Shown piece after piece: positions 53,001 to 64,000 of a stretch of 64,000 nt of DNA. The notes beneath the pieces were generated by a model. It was not told the origin of the DNA. It made no database searches and saw only the letters and a list, made by a program, of their open reading frames with translations. Origin of the DNA: Cyanophora paradoxa CCMP329 (Eukaryota; Plantae; Glaucophyta); the NCBI GenBank assembly GCA_004431415.1, contig QPMI01000439.1, positions 1 through 64,000 of the forward strand, read 5' to 3'. The position numbers and the translations under genes were made by a program. The stretch's first letter is position 1, and every line of letters starts with the position of its first letter.

Positions 53001-56000
53001 CTGGCACGTGTACTAAATTGTGAAGCCTTCACATTTTTTGCCTCAATCTCGTTATACTCTCTCATCGAATTTTACGCACTTGCACGTGAACTCGAGCTTA
53101 AGAAACATGTCTTGTTCTCACTGCGGTTGGACTCGAACGCAGACGAGAAGACCGAGCGCGAGGAGGATCCGGCTGCCGGCCGCGGCCGCGAGGTGGAGGA
53201 CCTGGAGGAGCTGCTGGAGGAGGACGAGGGAGCCGCCTCCGACCGCCGCGTCTCCAAGTCCCTCGGCATCGTCGTGCGCCGCGCCATCTTAATTACAAGC
53301 TTTAAGCTTCAAATATTCAAGCTTGCATTTTGAATCGAAGGCACTATGCTTTCAAGGACCTCATGCTTTAATTTGAAGCTGTTCTTGCGCTTCTTAGCGC
53401 TTCTTAGCGCTTCTGTTCTTCGATTCAACAGCGATGCAAGCGCTTCTTGGCGCTTCTTAACATTAACAGCGCTCCAAGTCCCTCGGCATCATCGTGCGCC
53501 GCGCCTGCGCTGAAGCTTTAATTTTAGTATCCCGCTTGCAATTGCGCCATCTATCTAATTTCGGCTCTGAATTCGAATTAAAAGCGAATGCAGACCTGCC
53601 TGGTCGTAAGCTTTAAGACTAGACTCTGCGCTTGCGCTTTTAGACTCCGAGATTCCCGCTTTCGCCGTCTAATACAATTTCGCACGCGGACTGTTAATGT
53701 GACGCGCGCGTCCTCGGCTCCGAATTAAAAGCGGATGCCGAGTCAGCTCTTAAAATCCCTCGGCATCGTCGTGCGCCGCGCCTTCGCTTGCGTTTGCTCT
53801 TTTAGCTATAGCTTCCCGCTTGCGCCACCTCGAGCTCGTAGAATTCTCGCATGGAATATTAATGCGATGCGCGCGCGTCCGATCCTCGGACCTCAGCTGC
53901 GCTAGACGCTTTAAGTCTTCAAAGTCTCTTGAAAGCTTCGAGTGCTCGTCTTCTAGTTTTATAATTACATAAGAGCTGAGTCTTTTTCTCGCATTGATAT
54001 CGCAGCGGATGCTGACGCGGCTGGGCTTCCTCGCCTCGATCGCCCGCCTCGCCGGCGACGTCGTCCCCGACGGCTTCACCCGCGTCGCCGAGAGCCTCCG
54101 TGCGCCCCGATCATGACCATGATTTCCTCTCTGTCTAAACGTCGCCGATATTTATTTATACCCGCATGTTCTCTTAATATTAGCTGCCATGTCAGATCTA
54201 TCAATGTCGCCGTGTCCTCTTTATATTACATTATAAGCCTTTTAATTGGACGCCTCTGCTCGAATGCTTCGCGTGGAGCAGCTTCGCGCTTTGACGTGAA
54301 GAAAACTCGCGTTACGCCGACGCCCGTCCGGATCCGCAGGCTGGACGCTCCTCGACCCCGCGTCGCCGCCGTGGGACGCCGCGCTCCGCGACTCGGACAA
54401 CGGGTCGCTCTCGGCCCGCGCCAGCGAGCCGCACAAGGCATTCTGGGCCGTCCTCTTCTGGGCGGGCGTCGTCGGCGCCGCCCTCTGGGCCGCCCGCGGC
54501 CTCGCCCTCTTTGCCTTCCGCTCCATCCCCTTCCTCCGGCGCAAGACAAACGGGGCGCTGGTCTGCTTGCTTCCTCTTACTTATCTAGATGTCAAAGAAC
54601 GCGTTCTGATTCGATGTAATTCGCAGCCGACGGCGCTGCAGTTCCCGAAGCTCGACGTGCAAGCCGCCATCTTCGTCATTCCTGTTCGTAACGAAACATG
54701 ATCATCATATAATTCAACCCATAGCTAAGAGTTCATTGGCGGCATGCGCATGCGCAGGGCCTCACCCTGCAGGCGGGCGCGACAATCGCCAAGGGGAGCA
54801 GCGTTGAGGCCTCCGTCTTTGCCGTCATTGTGGTGCGCAATGCGTATGCGTCAAAAAGACGCCTTAAAGGCTTTCCTTAAGATGCCTTATAATTAACCTA
54901 AAAGACCGCCAAGCTCCATGTCGAGGTAGCTTGTAGGGTTGAAAATCTCCCCATTAAATGTTCTGACGCGCAATCGCCGATCGCACGCGCAGCTTATCGC
55001 TTCTCTGTTGTTCGTCGGCTGGTCGAACCACCTGCTCTACCGCCGCATCGAGATCGAGAAAGAATCGACTTTCCAGGTGTGCCTACAACTAGAGATTAAG
55101 CCGACTGAATGCTCGGAATCGCAACGTTAATGTCAAACGATCCTGCATTAAAACTATTTGCTGCAGGAATCGCGCCCCGAGGACGCCTCGTTCGGGGACG
55201 TCTTCAGCCGCGCGAACTGGAAGCGCCTGTGGGATGCCGCCTCGCCGGACCGCGTCTCGAGCTCGAGCTCCGGCGCCGGCGCCGGGCAGAGCGGGCTCCG
55301 GAGGACGTGGCGTGCGTTCTGGCGATACATACTCGTGCCGATGATGGGTGCGCACGCGGCCCTCTGCTTTCTCCGCCGTGCAGTTCTACAGCGCGCCTCT
55401 GACGAGGGCCGGGCGCGCCCCGCATGGGCGTGCGCAGTGCTCGCGAGCGCGCTCTCCGTCCTCGCCCGAAAGATGTGCCGGGGCGCGTGGCTCGACAAGA
55501 AGCCGGGCGCTGGAAACGCCAAGGCGCCGGCCGGGGTCGCGGTCGGGCCCGAGGCGAGCGCCCCGCTGCACCGGTACCGGATATCGCAGTTCTCCACGCT
55601 GTACGAGGCCTGTGCCTACGCCCGCTTCGGGTTCCTCGGCTGCACGGTCGACTACCTCAAGACGTTCCTCTCCATTTTCGTCATCGGTGCCCTCTTATAA
55701 TGAGATCTTAGATCTCGAATCTCTTATGATTAGGTGCTAACCGCGCCGCTCTCGTATCCAGGATTTTGCTCGGCCCTTCCGTGGACCGATTCGCTGCTGA
55801 AGGGCCAGATCGGGACCCTGATCGCCCTCTGCTGCCTCCACAGCCTGTATCTGGTGGCTTCGACCCCGTACATCGACCGGTGCGCGCGTCCGTATAAGTA
55901 CAATCGATATATCGACGTCGCCCACTTCGTACACTTATATATAATTAAATGCGCAGCTTCGAGAACGCGATGCAGCTGATCGTCGGCGGCTTCGAGCTCG

Positions 56001-56458
56001 CGATCTTCGCGCTGCTGGCGGCCGTGCAGAACGGGCGGAGCCGGGCGAGCGTCGAGGGCGCGCTCACGGGCCTCAGCGTCGCCGCCGCCTTCCTCCTCCT
56101 CGTCGACCACATCAAGAACGTCCTCGAGATGCTATCCGTCCGCCCTTGCTTTAACACAAGCTTGATATATAAGATTCTGAGAGCTCGAGCCTGAACATTG
56201 CAATCAATTAAACTGTCGTCCACGTCGCAGGCCATTCTTGAGGCGGTCGCACTGGTGGAGAAGGCGCCGCGCATTCTCCGTGGCCGCCGCCGGCCCAGGC
56301 GGAAGGCCCAGGCGCCGGCACCGGCGGTTCCATCCAAGGCGGAGGCTGCGTGCGCAGCCGCTGACGCCGACGAGGCGAATTCCAAGGGCGAGAGCCCCGC
56401 GTCCGGGCTCGTTCGCGACAGCCAAGGCCGCCCCGTTCACGTCGAGGTTTTCATGTAG
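47012..56458 (+). CDS. Giant cell-surface protein: large repetitive ectodomain plus a multi-pass TM block of the TRP-like (Flc/Pkd2-type) class; the 5' exon structure is uncertain
   Basis: N-terminal hydrophobic leader, Ser/Thr-rich beta-strand exons, KRRLLQ, a Gly-Thr repeat and a GSVVI motif. TM block: [23 protein letters not shown]|GW, FPKL, FSTLYE..DYLKTFL, QIGTLI..TPYIDR|FEN. Confidence 0.65.
50603..50752 (+). repeat. Coding (GGN ACN)n repeat encoding a (Gly-Thr)n linker of about 50 aa
   Basis: GGAACC/GGCACA/GGCACT hexamer array within an exon of the giant protein. Confidence 0.85.
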
Positions 56459-57928
56459 CCGCAGATAAAATTACTGAAATTAAAGCCGATCCAGTACATG
56501 TACACGTATACGTACACAGCCTGGCTCTCGTGATCTCTTAATTATATATAAATTTCAAGTTTAGATCTAGCTATCATAGTAGTATAGAGAGCTGTGTGCA
56601 TGCGACGCAACCCACTTCGATATCACTTTCCGTCTTTCGCTTTCATTTCCTTTCGACCCATCATGGCGATGTCTACATCTATTTTATTGATCGACGCCGT
56701 GATCATGATGCGTGTGCTCGCTATGTTCGGATGTAGACGTCTCAAACTTCTTTCCGTTTCAGTCCTCCGTCATGGCATCAATTGATGCCGTCTATGATCA
56801 AATGTAGCCGTCAGAAGATCAGTTATGATTATGATCATCGGTCTCATATGCATGATATGCATGATTATGATCAGTCGACGTCCCTTAATCAGTCTCTTCA
56901 TGCCCTTGTTTTTATTTATCTCAATATGTACCGCATTTGTGGATATACGCACGTATACGTAGTTCAGCTTTGCCAAGTTGAATCAGCGATTCAGCTTGAG
57001 TTCTTCAGTCTTCAGCTGGATATACGTATTCCGTCTTCAGCGGTTCAGCTTGAGTTGCATGATTCAGCTTGTCTGCAATGCATATGTGCAATGTGCCTAG
57101 CTTATATAATGATAAGTTCAGCTCAGCTCAGCTCGCGCTCGCTTAGTAGCACATGGACAAGCTATAATGGAGCCCCGGCCCGCCCGCTCGCCCTGCCCCT
57201 CCCGGAGTCCGGAACCCAAACTTTAAAGTTAATTATAAATCAATTGCAAAGTCACTGAGTCCCGGGCCGCTGGCGTCCACCCCGGACCGCGCTGCAACGC
57301 CCGCTCCCGCCCACCAGCCGCGCCGGGGCGCCCAACCCCGGCGGGGGCCCTCATGATCATGCTCAGTTTTAGGTCTAGCCGCTGAGCTATAGCCGAGTAC
57401 TAGCTATATATAGTAGGCTTCGAATTCATTTCAATGCGAGTCGAAACGTTATAATTAACTCTCCTGCGTCGCTTCGCGAGGAATGACCGCGAGAATGTGG
57501 GACGTCGACAGGATTAGGGGGATTGCGAGCTGATATTGTAATTATGTGCATTGTACTACACGCGAACATGAAAGCAGCGAAAATGACCAAGAGCTTCCTA
57601 GGTTTATATATCCAACTGAGGAGTCTTCTAAAGTAAACTGTAAAATATCGCAGGCGGGAGCAGGCTGACCGGCAGCGCGGCCTGTTCGACTATGCCGACT
57701 TAAGTTTGCAAGTTATTATGAACAACGGAAACGAATTGTGAAGCAACGGGAGGCCGCCTTGAACGGCCCTGCCAGGCGCCGGCGGTTATCTATCACCCTA
57801 CTCTTCATACTAAACGCTGCTTAATTGCCAATAAGGAACGCTTGAAAAAGAGAGAACGAGGAGTAGGATGGATGCGTCGCGACTAAGAAAAACCCTACAG
57901 CTTCGGCCACTGCAAAAGCTATATATAG

Positions 57929-60064
57929 CTACTTGTACCGGGCGCAGAGCTGCTGCATCTGGGTGACCATTCTCTTAAGGTCCGCTTCGCAGTACTGGCG
58001 CGGGGGCGGCGCGGAGGCGGAGGCGGAGGCGGGGCCGGGGCCGGGGGCGGGGGCGGGCGGAGGGGCCCCGCGGCCCTGGAGGAGACCGGGCAGCTCGCCC
58101 GGGGCGACCTGGCGAACGTTCGCGTCGGGAAATCCTTCCTCCTCCGCGAGGTACACGTTCCCCGTGACCGGATCCGCGAACGCGGCGCGCCGGGGCACGA
58201 AGCTCTGGGGTACGTACTCCAGGAGGCCGCGCTCGGGGTCGAACATGGGTACGAGGACGCGCCGGGAGCCGGGGGCCGCGGGCCGCAGGGCCGTCTCGAA
58301 GATGGCGGGGGAGGAAGAGGAGCGGGGGCGAAAGGGCCGCTTGATCTCCTCGAGGACGCTTTCCAGGACCGAGGGCTTCGAGCCGCGGCGGCCGCCCGCG
58401 CCCGGGCCGAAGGAGGGCAGAGCCGGCACGCGGTCGCCGCCGCCGTCGCAGTCGCCCTCGCCCGAGCCGCGGCGGGTCTCCGGAGGGGGGGGCGAGACGG
58501 GCGAGCGGGGGCCCGTACCCCCCAGCTGGGGGGGGAAGCCGGCCAGGTTGAGGGGGAGGTTGGCGGGGAGCGAGCCCGACCGGCCGCGGCGGAACCCGCC
58601 GAGGGGCGGGAGGCACGGCCCCGGGGCCTCATCGGCCGGCTCCGGGTACACGGCGCCTCCCCGGGGGGGTACGCCGTGCAGCGAGGAGAAGGGCTCCTCC
58701 CCCGCGTCGCTGCTGGCGACGCTTGCGAGGCTGCCGCGCCGGGAGCCGCCGCCGCCGCCGCCGCCGCTGGCCCGGGCGGGCGTGAGCGGCTCGAAGGGGG
58801 CCCAGGCGGGTCCGGGCGAGCCGTCCGCGCCGGCGGGACTGGCCGCCCGGCAGAACGAGGAAGGGGGGGAGAGCGTGAGGGAGGAGAACGAGCCGGGGGG
58901 GGAGGGCCGCGGCCCGACGGCGGGCGACCGGTCGTCCGAGGGCCAGATCTCGGCGTGGCCGGGGGGAACGTTCCCCAGGGCCTTGCCCGCGCGGGCCGCC
59001 GCGGCGCGCAGCTCCTCCTCCACCTCGTCCGGCAGGAGGACCGGCGGGAACCGCGCCTCGCAGAGCCGCGAGAGGAGAACGAAGAAGAGCTTGTACCTGC
59101 GAGCGAAGCGGCGCCGGCGGCCGTCAGCGGGCGGCGAGGGCGGCACGGCGAGGCGAGGCGAGGCGCGCTGCGAGGCGAGGCGAGGCGCACAGCGCGTTTG
59201 ATGCCCGGGAGCGCTCCGAAGCGTTGCAGACGATCTGCGCACGCGCGCGGCCGGCCGGGGCCGGGGCCGTCAGGAAGTGCTTCAAAAAGCTTGCTTTCGC
59301 AACGGCGAGGGACGCGGGGGCTCTAGCAAGGCTGCTAGGATCTAATAGGATCTAATAGGATCGCCGTCAGGGTCGTATAAGCTAACAGATCTTATAGGAT
59401 CTGATCATCGTTTGCAATTTGATCCTGTAGGATGCGCACCTTGAAGCTCCCGACAGGGCAGTCCGGCTGCGCGGCGGGGCCGGCGCGGAACTTGATGCAC
59501 GGGGAGGATAGCATGCGCTCCGCGATGCGCTCGTCCTCGACCGCCGCGAGCGGGACGAGGAAGACGCGGCGCGGCTCGGTCGACGGCACGCGCCGCTGCG
59601 AGAGGCTCTCCACCAATATGATCCGCCGCGGCGAGACGTAGCTACTCCCAGGGAAGGAGACCTTGCTTCCGCCGCCGGCCGGCTTGAAGGTGATGGTCAG
59701 GCCACGCCCCTGAGGCGCGGCCGCGGTCAGATAAGGTTACGCCGGATCCGCCGACTGGATCTGGCTCGGCCCGGCGGCGGCGAGCTTGAACGCCTGCACA
59801 CCTGGTGGAAGATGCCTGCGAGTCTCGGGTTAGACGGGAGCAGACGGCGCTGGCGGGGCCGCGACTGACCTTCTCCGTCCTTGGGTGTGAACGGCAGCCG
59901 ATCTGGGGTCGCGGCGTCAGGCCACCGGTCTCGCTTCGCTTCGCTGCGGCAGACTCACCGACGGGAACTGGGAAGCCGGTGCGGCGGGTTCGCGGGGCCC
60001 GCTGCTGGCCCTCGGTCGCGGTTGGAGGCACCGGCATCCGAGCGTCCACGGCGGCTGCAGCCAT
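57929..60064 (-). CDS. WBP2/UPF0664-like PH-GRAM domain protein with long Pro/Gly/Ser-rich insert
   Basis: Spliced: DGE|GIFHQ|GRGLTITF..GSSYVSPRRIILV..FLVPLAAVEDERI..CIKF..GSFK|IVC..E|YKLFFVLL, plus C-terminal RAAFADPVTGNVYL. From memory this resembles the WBP2/UPF0664 pattern; no database check was run. Confidence 0.6.
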
Positions 60065-61021
60065 CGGGAGGGACGACGCCAGCAAGATGCTGCGCTCGAG
60101 GGGCTCTGCTGGCCGTTGATCGATATCCGGCAGATCCTACAGGCTACAGGTCAGCCGGTCGCGGCTGTGGTCGCCGCGAGAACGGGATTCTTGGCTCCGC
60201 TACGACACGCCGTCGGCTGATCCCCGTGATCTGCTGCGCCTGCTACTGCTGTTGACGCGCTGCTCCAAGGCACAGCTGCAACCTGCAGCCCGACGGCTTC
60301 CCGCCGCAGATCCGGTATCCCAGGCGGGACCGTCGGATCAGCGTGCACCGAACTCGAGCCACCGGCCGCCGGCGCCGAACCTCCGTGACATGGGTACAGC
60401 AGTCGTTTACTTAAGAACGTGTACACGGTAACACGGCCGCGCGGCGCCGCGAGCGAGCGGCGCCTGCGCAGTGCGCATGAGTGCGCGCGCGCTCGCGCTG
60501 CTGCGCATGCAGGCTGCACGTGCTGCAGCCTGCAGCTCTCAGAGTCTACGTCTGCCGCTGCGAGTGCAGGCTCCGAGGCTCGGCTCCGATGCACGACGAC
60601 GCTCTCTAAACTATGAGGGGCCGGGCGCCGCTGCCGGGCGCCGGCCGCGGAACCGCCACGTGCACCGCGCCGGCGCGCGCCGGCACGGCCCGGCAGCGGC
60701 GCGAATTCGAATATCGAAGGCCTAGGGGGGCGCCGGCGAGGTCCAGTGACCGAGGGGGAAGAAGCCTGGAATTCGAAGCCGTGGAGGCTTCAGGCCGCGG
60801 GGGGGACCCGAATCTCGCGAGCCGCCGGCGCCGGCTGCGCGGGAGCCTGGAGGCTGGAGGCTACCAGCCCCCGTGGAGGTCCGAGGGCCCGGGCCGGCGC
60901 CCCGGGCAGGCCGGCCGGCGCGGGCGCGGAGGGCGGCCCCTCCTATAGCTAAGCTGAGCTGATTATAAGCTAAGCCTTGAAGCTCATAAGCTAAGCTAAT
61001 TACAAGCTAATCGATATCTGC

Positions 61022-63750
61022 CTAGGGTCCGAGGGGCCGTGCCTCGGGCAGGCCAGCGCGGACGGCGGCCCGCCTGAACTCGGCGGGGCCCATGCGGCCG
61101 CCCCGCGGGCCCGGGGGGCCCCGGGCCTCGGAGGAGAGGAAGAGCGCGAGCATCGCCCGCGCCTCCTCCCCGCTGCCAGCGCCCGCCACCAGTTAATCAT
61201 CATAAGCTAAGCTAAGCTAAGGAGCAAAGCTAATTAAAAAGCTAAACTAAGTGTTATCAGGACCCCCACGAGTTAATCATAAGCGAAGCCGAGCTAATGA
61301 CAAGCTTATAAGAAGCTGAGTTACATCCAGATAGGCACCTGAGCTCCTGGTCGCACTCCTTGGCGACCCGCCGGAGGTCGGCCTCCTCGATGTACCCCCG
61401 CCCCGCCGCGTCTGCGGGGGCGTCGTGATCGGCTGACTCTGGCTATAGGGACCGGGGGGGGGGGGAGGGGGGGGGGGGATCCAGCCGGGCTGCCTCTGGT
61501 CGGCGCGGGAGACTTATGTTTAGCCGGGGGCGTCTGCCCGGGCGTCGTGATCGGCTGCAGCCGGCACGGGAGACTCGAGGAGCGCAGGCCGGGTGGCAGG
61601 ACGGGGGGGGGCGGGGGGGGGCAAGACGGGGGGGGGGGGGGGGGAAGGGGGGAGGGACTAGGGGGGAGGGACTGGGGGTGGGGTGGTTGGGTGGGGGGTG
61701 GGGGTGGGGGGGGGGGGGGGGCAGGGGGCGGTCGCGGCCGCAGCAAGCACGTGCTAGAGACGCCGGGGGGGTCTAGCCGGCCGCGGGTCCGGGCAAGTCG
61801 AGCTGCCTCGAGGCGAGGCGGGAGCAAAAGCGGAAGCGTCCGCCGCGCCGCGCACCGAAGGAGGCGAAGAGCGCGTCGACGAACTCCCCCGCCCGCTCCA
61901 CCTCCTGCCCCGGGCCCGTCAGAGTAGCTTAGGGAAGAAGAACGAGAACGAAGGTAGAAAGCGAGGGTAATTATAAGCCTTAAGCTCGAGGCAAGAAGTC
62001 AAGCGCTAGGCCGGGCCGCGGGCGCGGGCACGCACCTCCTTCGAGTACTGCCTGGGCTTCTTTCCGGCCGCCGCCGCGGCGCCCCGGGCCTTGCCGCCCC
62101 TCCTCCTCCCCCGGCCGGGCTTCTTCTTCGAGCCCGGGCGGCCGGGCCCCTCCCCCTCCGCCCCCTCCGCCTCGCCGTCTCCGTCGCTCTCGGAGAGCTC
62201 GACGATCTCGGGGGCCTTGGCCGCATCCTCCTCCTCCTCCTCCCGCTTGACCCTCGTCCCCGCCGAGGCTGGGGAGGAGGAGGAGGGAGGGGTGGAAGAA
62301 GGGGTGGGCCCCCCCGGCCGAGAGCCCGTGGCCACGGCCGGCGCCAGCGCCTGCTTGGAGCTTGAGCTCGGGCCCGCTACGGCCGCCGCCTCCTTCTCCT
62401 CCGCCTCCTCCTCCCCTTCGCTCTCCGCTTCGATCTTGGGCCGCCCCCGCCCCCGCGGCCTCCGCGCCACCTCCGCGTCCGCCTCAGCTTTTCCGTCCAC
62501 GTCCGCCGATCCGCCCCCGCAGCAGCCTCCTGCCTCCTCCGCCTCCGCCGCCCCCGCCTCTCCGCCGGCCCCGCGCTGCCGCTTCCCGCCGCCGCCGGCC
62601 TTCTTGGTCCCTCCTCCCCCTCGCCCTCCCCCTCCGGCGCCGAGCTCCCTCAGCCGCGCCGCGAGGTCCGCCTGCCTCAGATGAGTCAGATACAGCGCGG
62701 GAGCAGCCGCGAGCAGAGCGAAACGTCAAGGGAGGGTACCTCGATTTCGGCGAACCGGATGTCGTCGCAGCCCTCGAGGGCGTACAGGGCCGACACCTCG
62801 GCCCTGTACACGTCCAGGCCTGCAAAGATGGGAGATAAGGATCAGGATCAAGATCAGAAGCTTTAGCTTGGAAGGGAGCGCGCCTTCGGCCGCCCCGGCG
62901 GGCGTCTCGAGGAGGAGGGGTACCCCGTCCAGCCGCGGATCGTTCATGATGCATCGGAAGGCCTGCGCGACTCACCGAAATCAGTGACGTCATTATCCGA
63001 AGGTTCTCTCAAAAGGCTTATAGTAAACTTCAACGCGCCTGCAGGCCTATGTGGCCGGCGCCGAGGTTGGCGTGGCGGTCGGCGCGGCAGCCGAGGGGCC
63101 CCGCCGAGTCGTTCAGGTGGAGCGCACGAAGGTACCTCAGCCCGACCTGCGCGCGCGCGCGGTGCGTGTACCCCCGCCCATCATCAGCGGCCGGCGCGGC
63201 GAGCCGCGAGCCGCGCGCCCGCCCGCGCGCCTTCGCATCGAACTGCGGGGGGTTACAGAGTGAGAAAAGAGGGACGGGATGCGAAAAGGGGGTACGCGCG
63301 CCTCGGACATGACGGCGGTGTACCCCTCCTGGGTCGAGATGTCGTACCCGGCGGCGAAGAGGTGGCACGTGTCGAGGCAGACGCCGACGCGCGCGCGGTG
63401 CGGCTCGTCCAGCTGCGTGCCTTCGTTCAGAGGGGGAGGGAGGGTGCGCGAGAGAAGGATAAAGAGGCAGCCGGGCGGCGGCGTTGTTCTCTTAGAGAAC
63501 CTAACATATCTAGATCCTATAAGAACCTAACAGATCCTATAAGAGAACTTATTAGAGCCTGTCAGCGGGACGCACGGCGTTGATGACGCTGGCGAGCTCG
63601 TCGAAGGTCGCCTGCGCGCGGGCGGGCGGGCGGGCAAGTGATCATGAGCACGGGCAGGCCGAGAGGACGGGGGCGGAGGGAGACCAGCCAAGCGCGCGCG
63701 CACCACGAGCTTGTCGCCCTCGCCGGCGCAGTTCTCCAGCAGCACGGCGA
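61022..63750 (-). CDS. APN1: AP endonuclease of the EndoIV/Apn1 family with C-terminal AT-hook-like motif and centrin-like EF-hand pair; 5' part lies beyond the window
   Basis: [59 protein letters not shown]: all Zn ligands encoded within the window are intact. Continues in phase to [10 protein letters not shown] and F|[25 protein letters not shown]|[12 protein letters not shown]. Confidence 0.9.
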
Positions 63751-64000
63751 CCTGCGGGAGCGGGGGCTCGGCTCGCGAAATCGAAGGGGCGATCGGGCCC
63801 GGGCAGGCCCATTCTACTCAGACTCCCCTTCATAGGGTCCCAGACCTTCATAGGGGGGGATACAAATGGGCCCGGGCAGGACCCTCAGAGGATTCAAACT
63901 GATTAGAGACTGCAAGGCCCGGACCTTCAGTTGCAGTCTCTTTGCTTATTAAGACTTATTACACTGTAGGCTTATAAGATTTAAAGTTATTAGAGTCTAT

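Noticed and set aside
57570-57660. CTGAGGAG hammerhead-like core in the AT-rich tract
   Set aside because: No matching stem II and GAAA follow.

Overview
This is a gene-dense, very GC-rich eukaryotic nuclear region with many introns, probably from an alga or protist. The organellar-type KMGKS MetRS and the SLAC1-hemerythrin channel fit an algal or archaeplastid-like host, but the species cannot be fixed from sequence alone. The raw ORF track is mostly noise because genes are split into many short exons. I reconstructed the genes by hand-splicing, so boundaries are approximate. About 20 genes are supported: organellar-type MetRS (partial), UBE2J1, DcpS, a GT8 glycosyltransferase, PARG, two tandem F-box/LRR paralogs, a coiled-coil protein, an Old Yellow Enzyme, a Cys/His-finger protein, a permuted papain-like protein, a SLAC1/TehA channel with a hemerythrin-like tail, a PlsC/DGAT2-like acyltransferase, a METTL21-family methyltransferase, USP, APRT, a lipocalin, a giant multi-TM surface protein, a WBP2-like PH-GRAM protein and Apn1/EndoIV (partial). 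The main observations are as follows. (1) Introns repeatedly carry decayed tandem copies of their own splice junctions, and the differences I could align are mostly CpA/TpG->TpA. Non-coding DNA is rich in TA-centred palindromes and strand-biased GTACCCC, which suggests an undescribed duplication-plus-hypermutation process. (2) GC-AG introns are very frequent and the donor consensus is G(T/C)NCG. (3) EndoIV is fused to an AT-hook and a centrin-like EF-hand pair. (4) The SLAC1 channel's hemerythrin domain has lost about half of its iron ligands. (5) A 1.04-kb intronic insertion has a perfect 12-bp target-site duplication. (6) There is a nested inverted-repeat island at about 45.9-46.1 kb.
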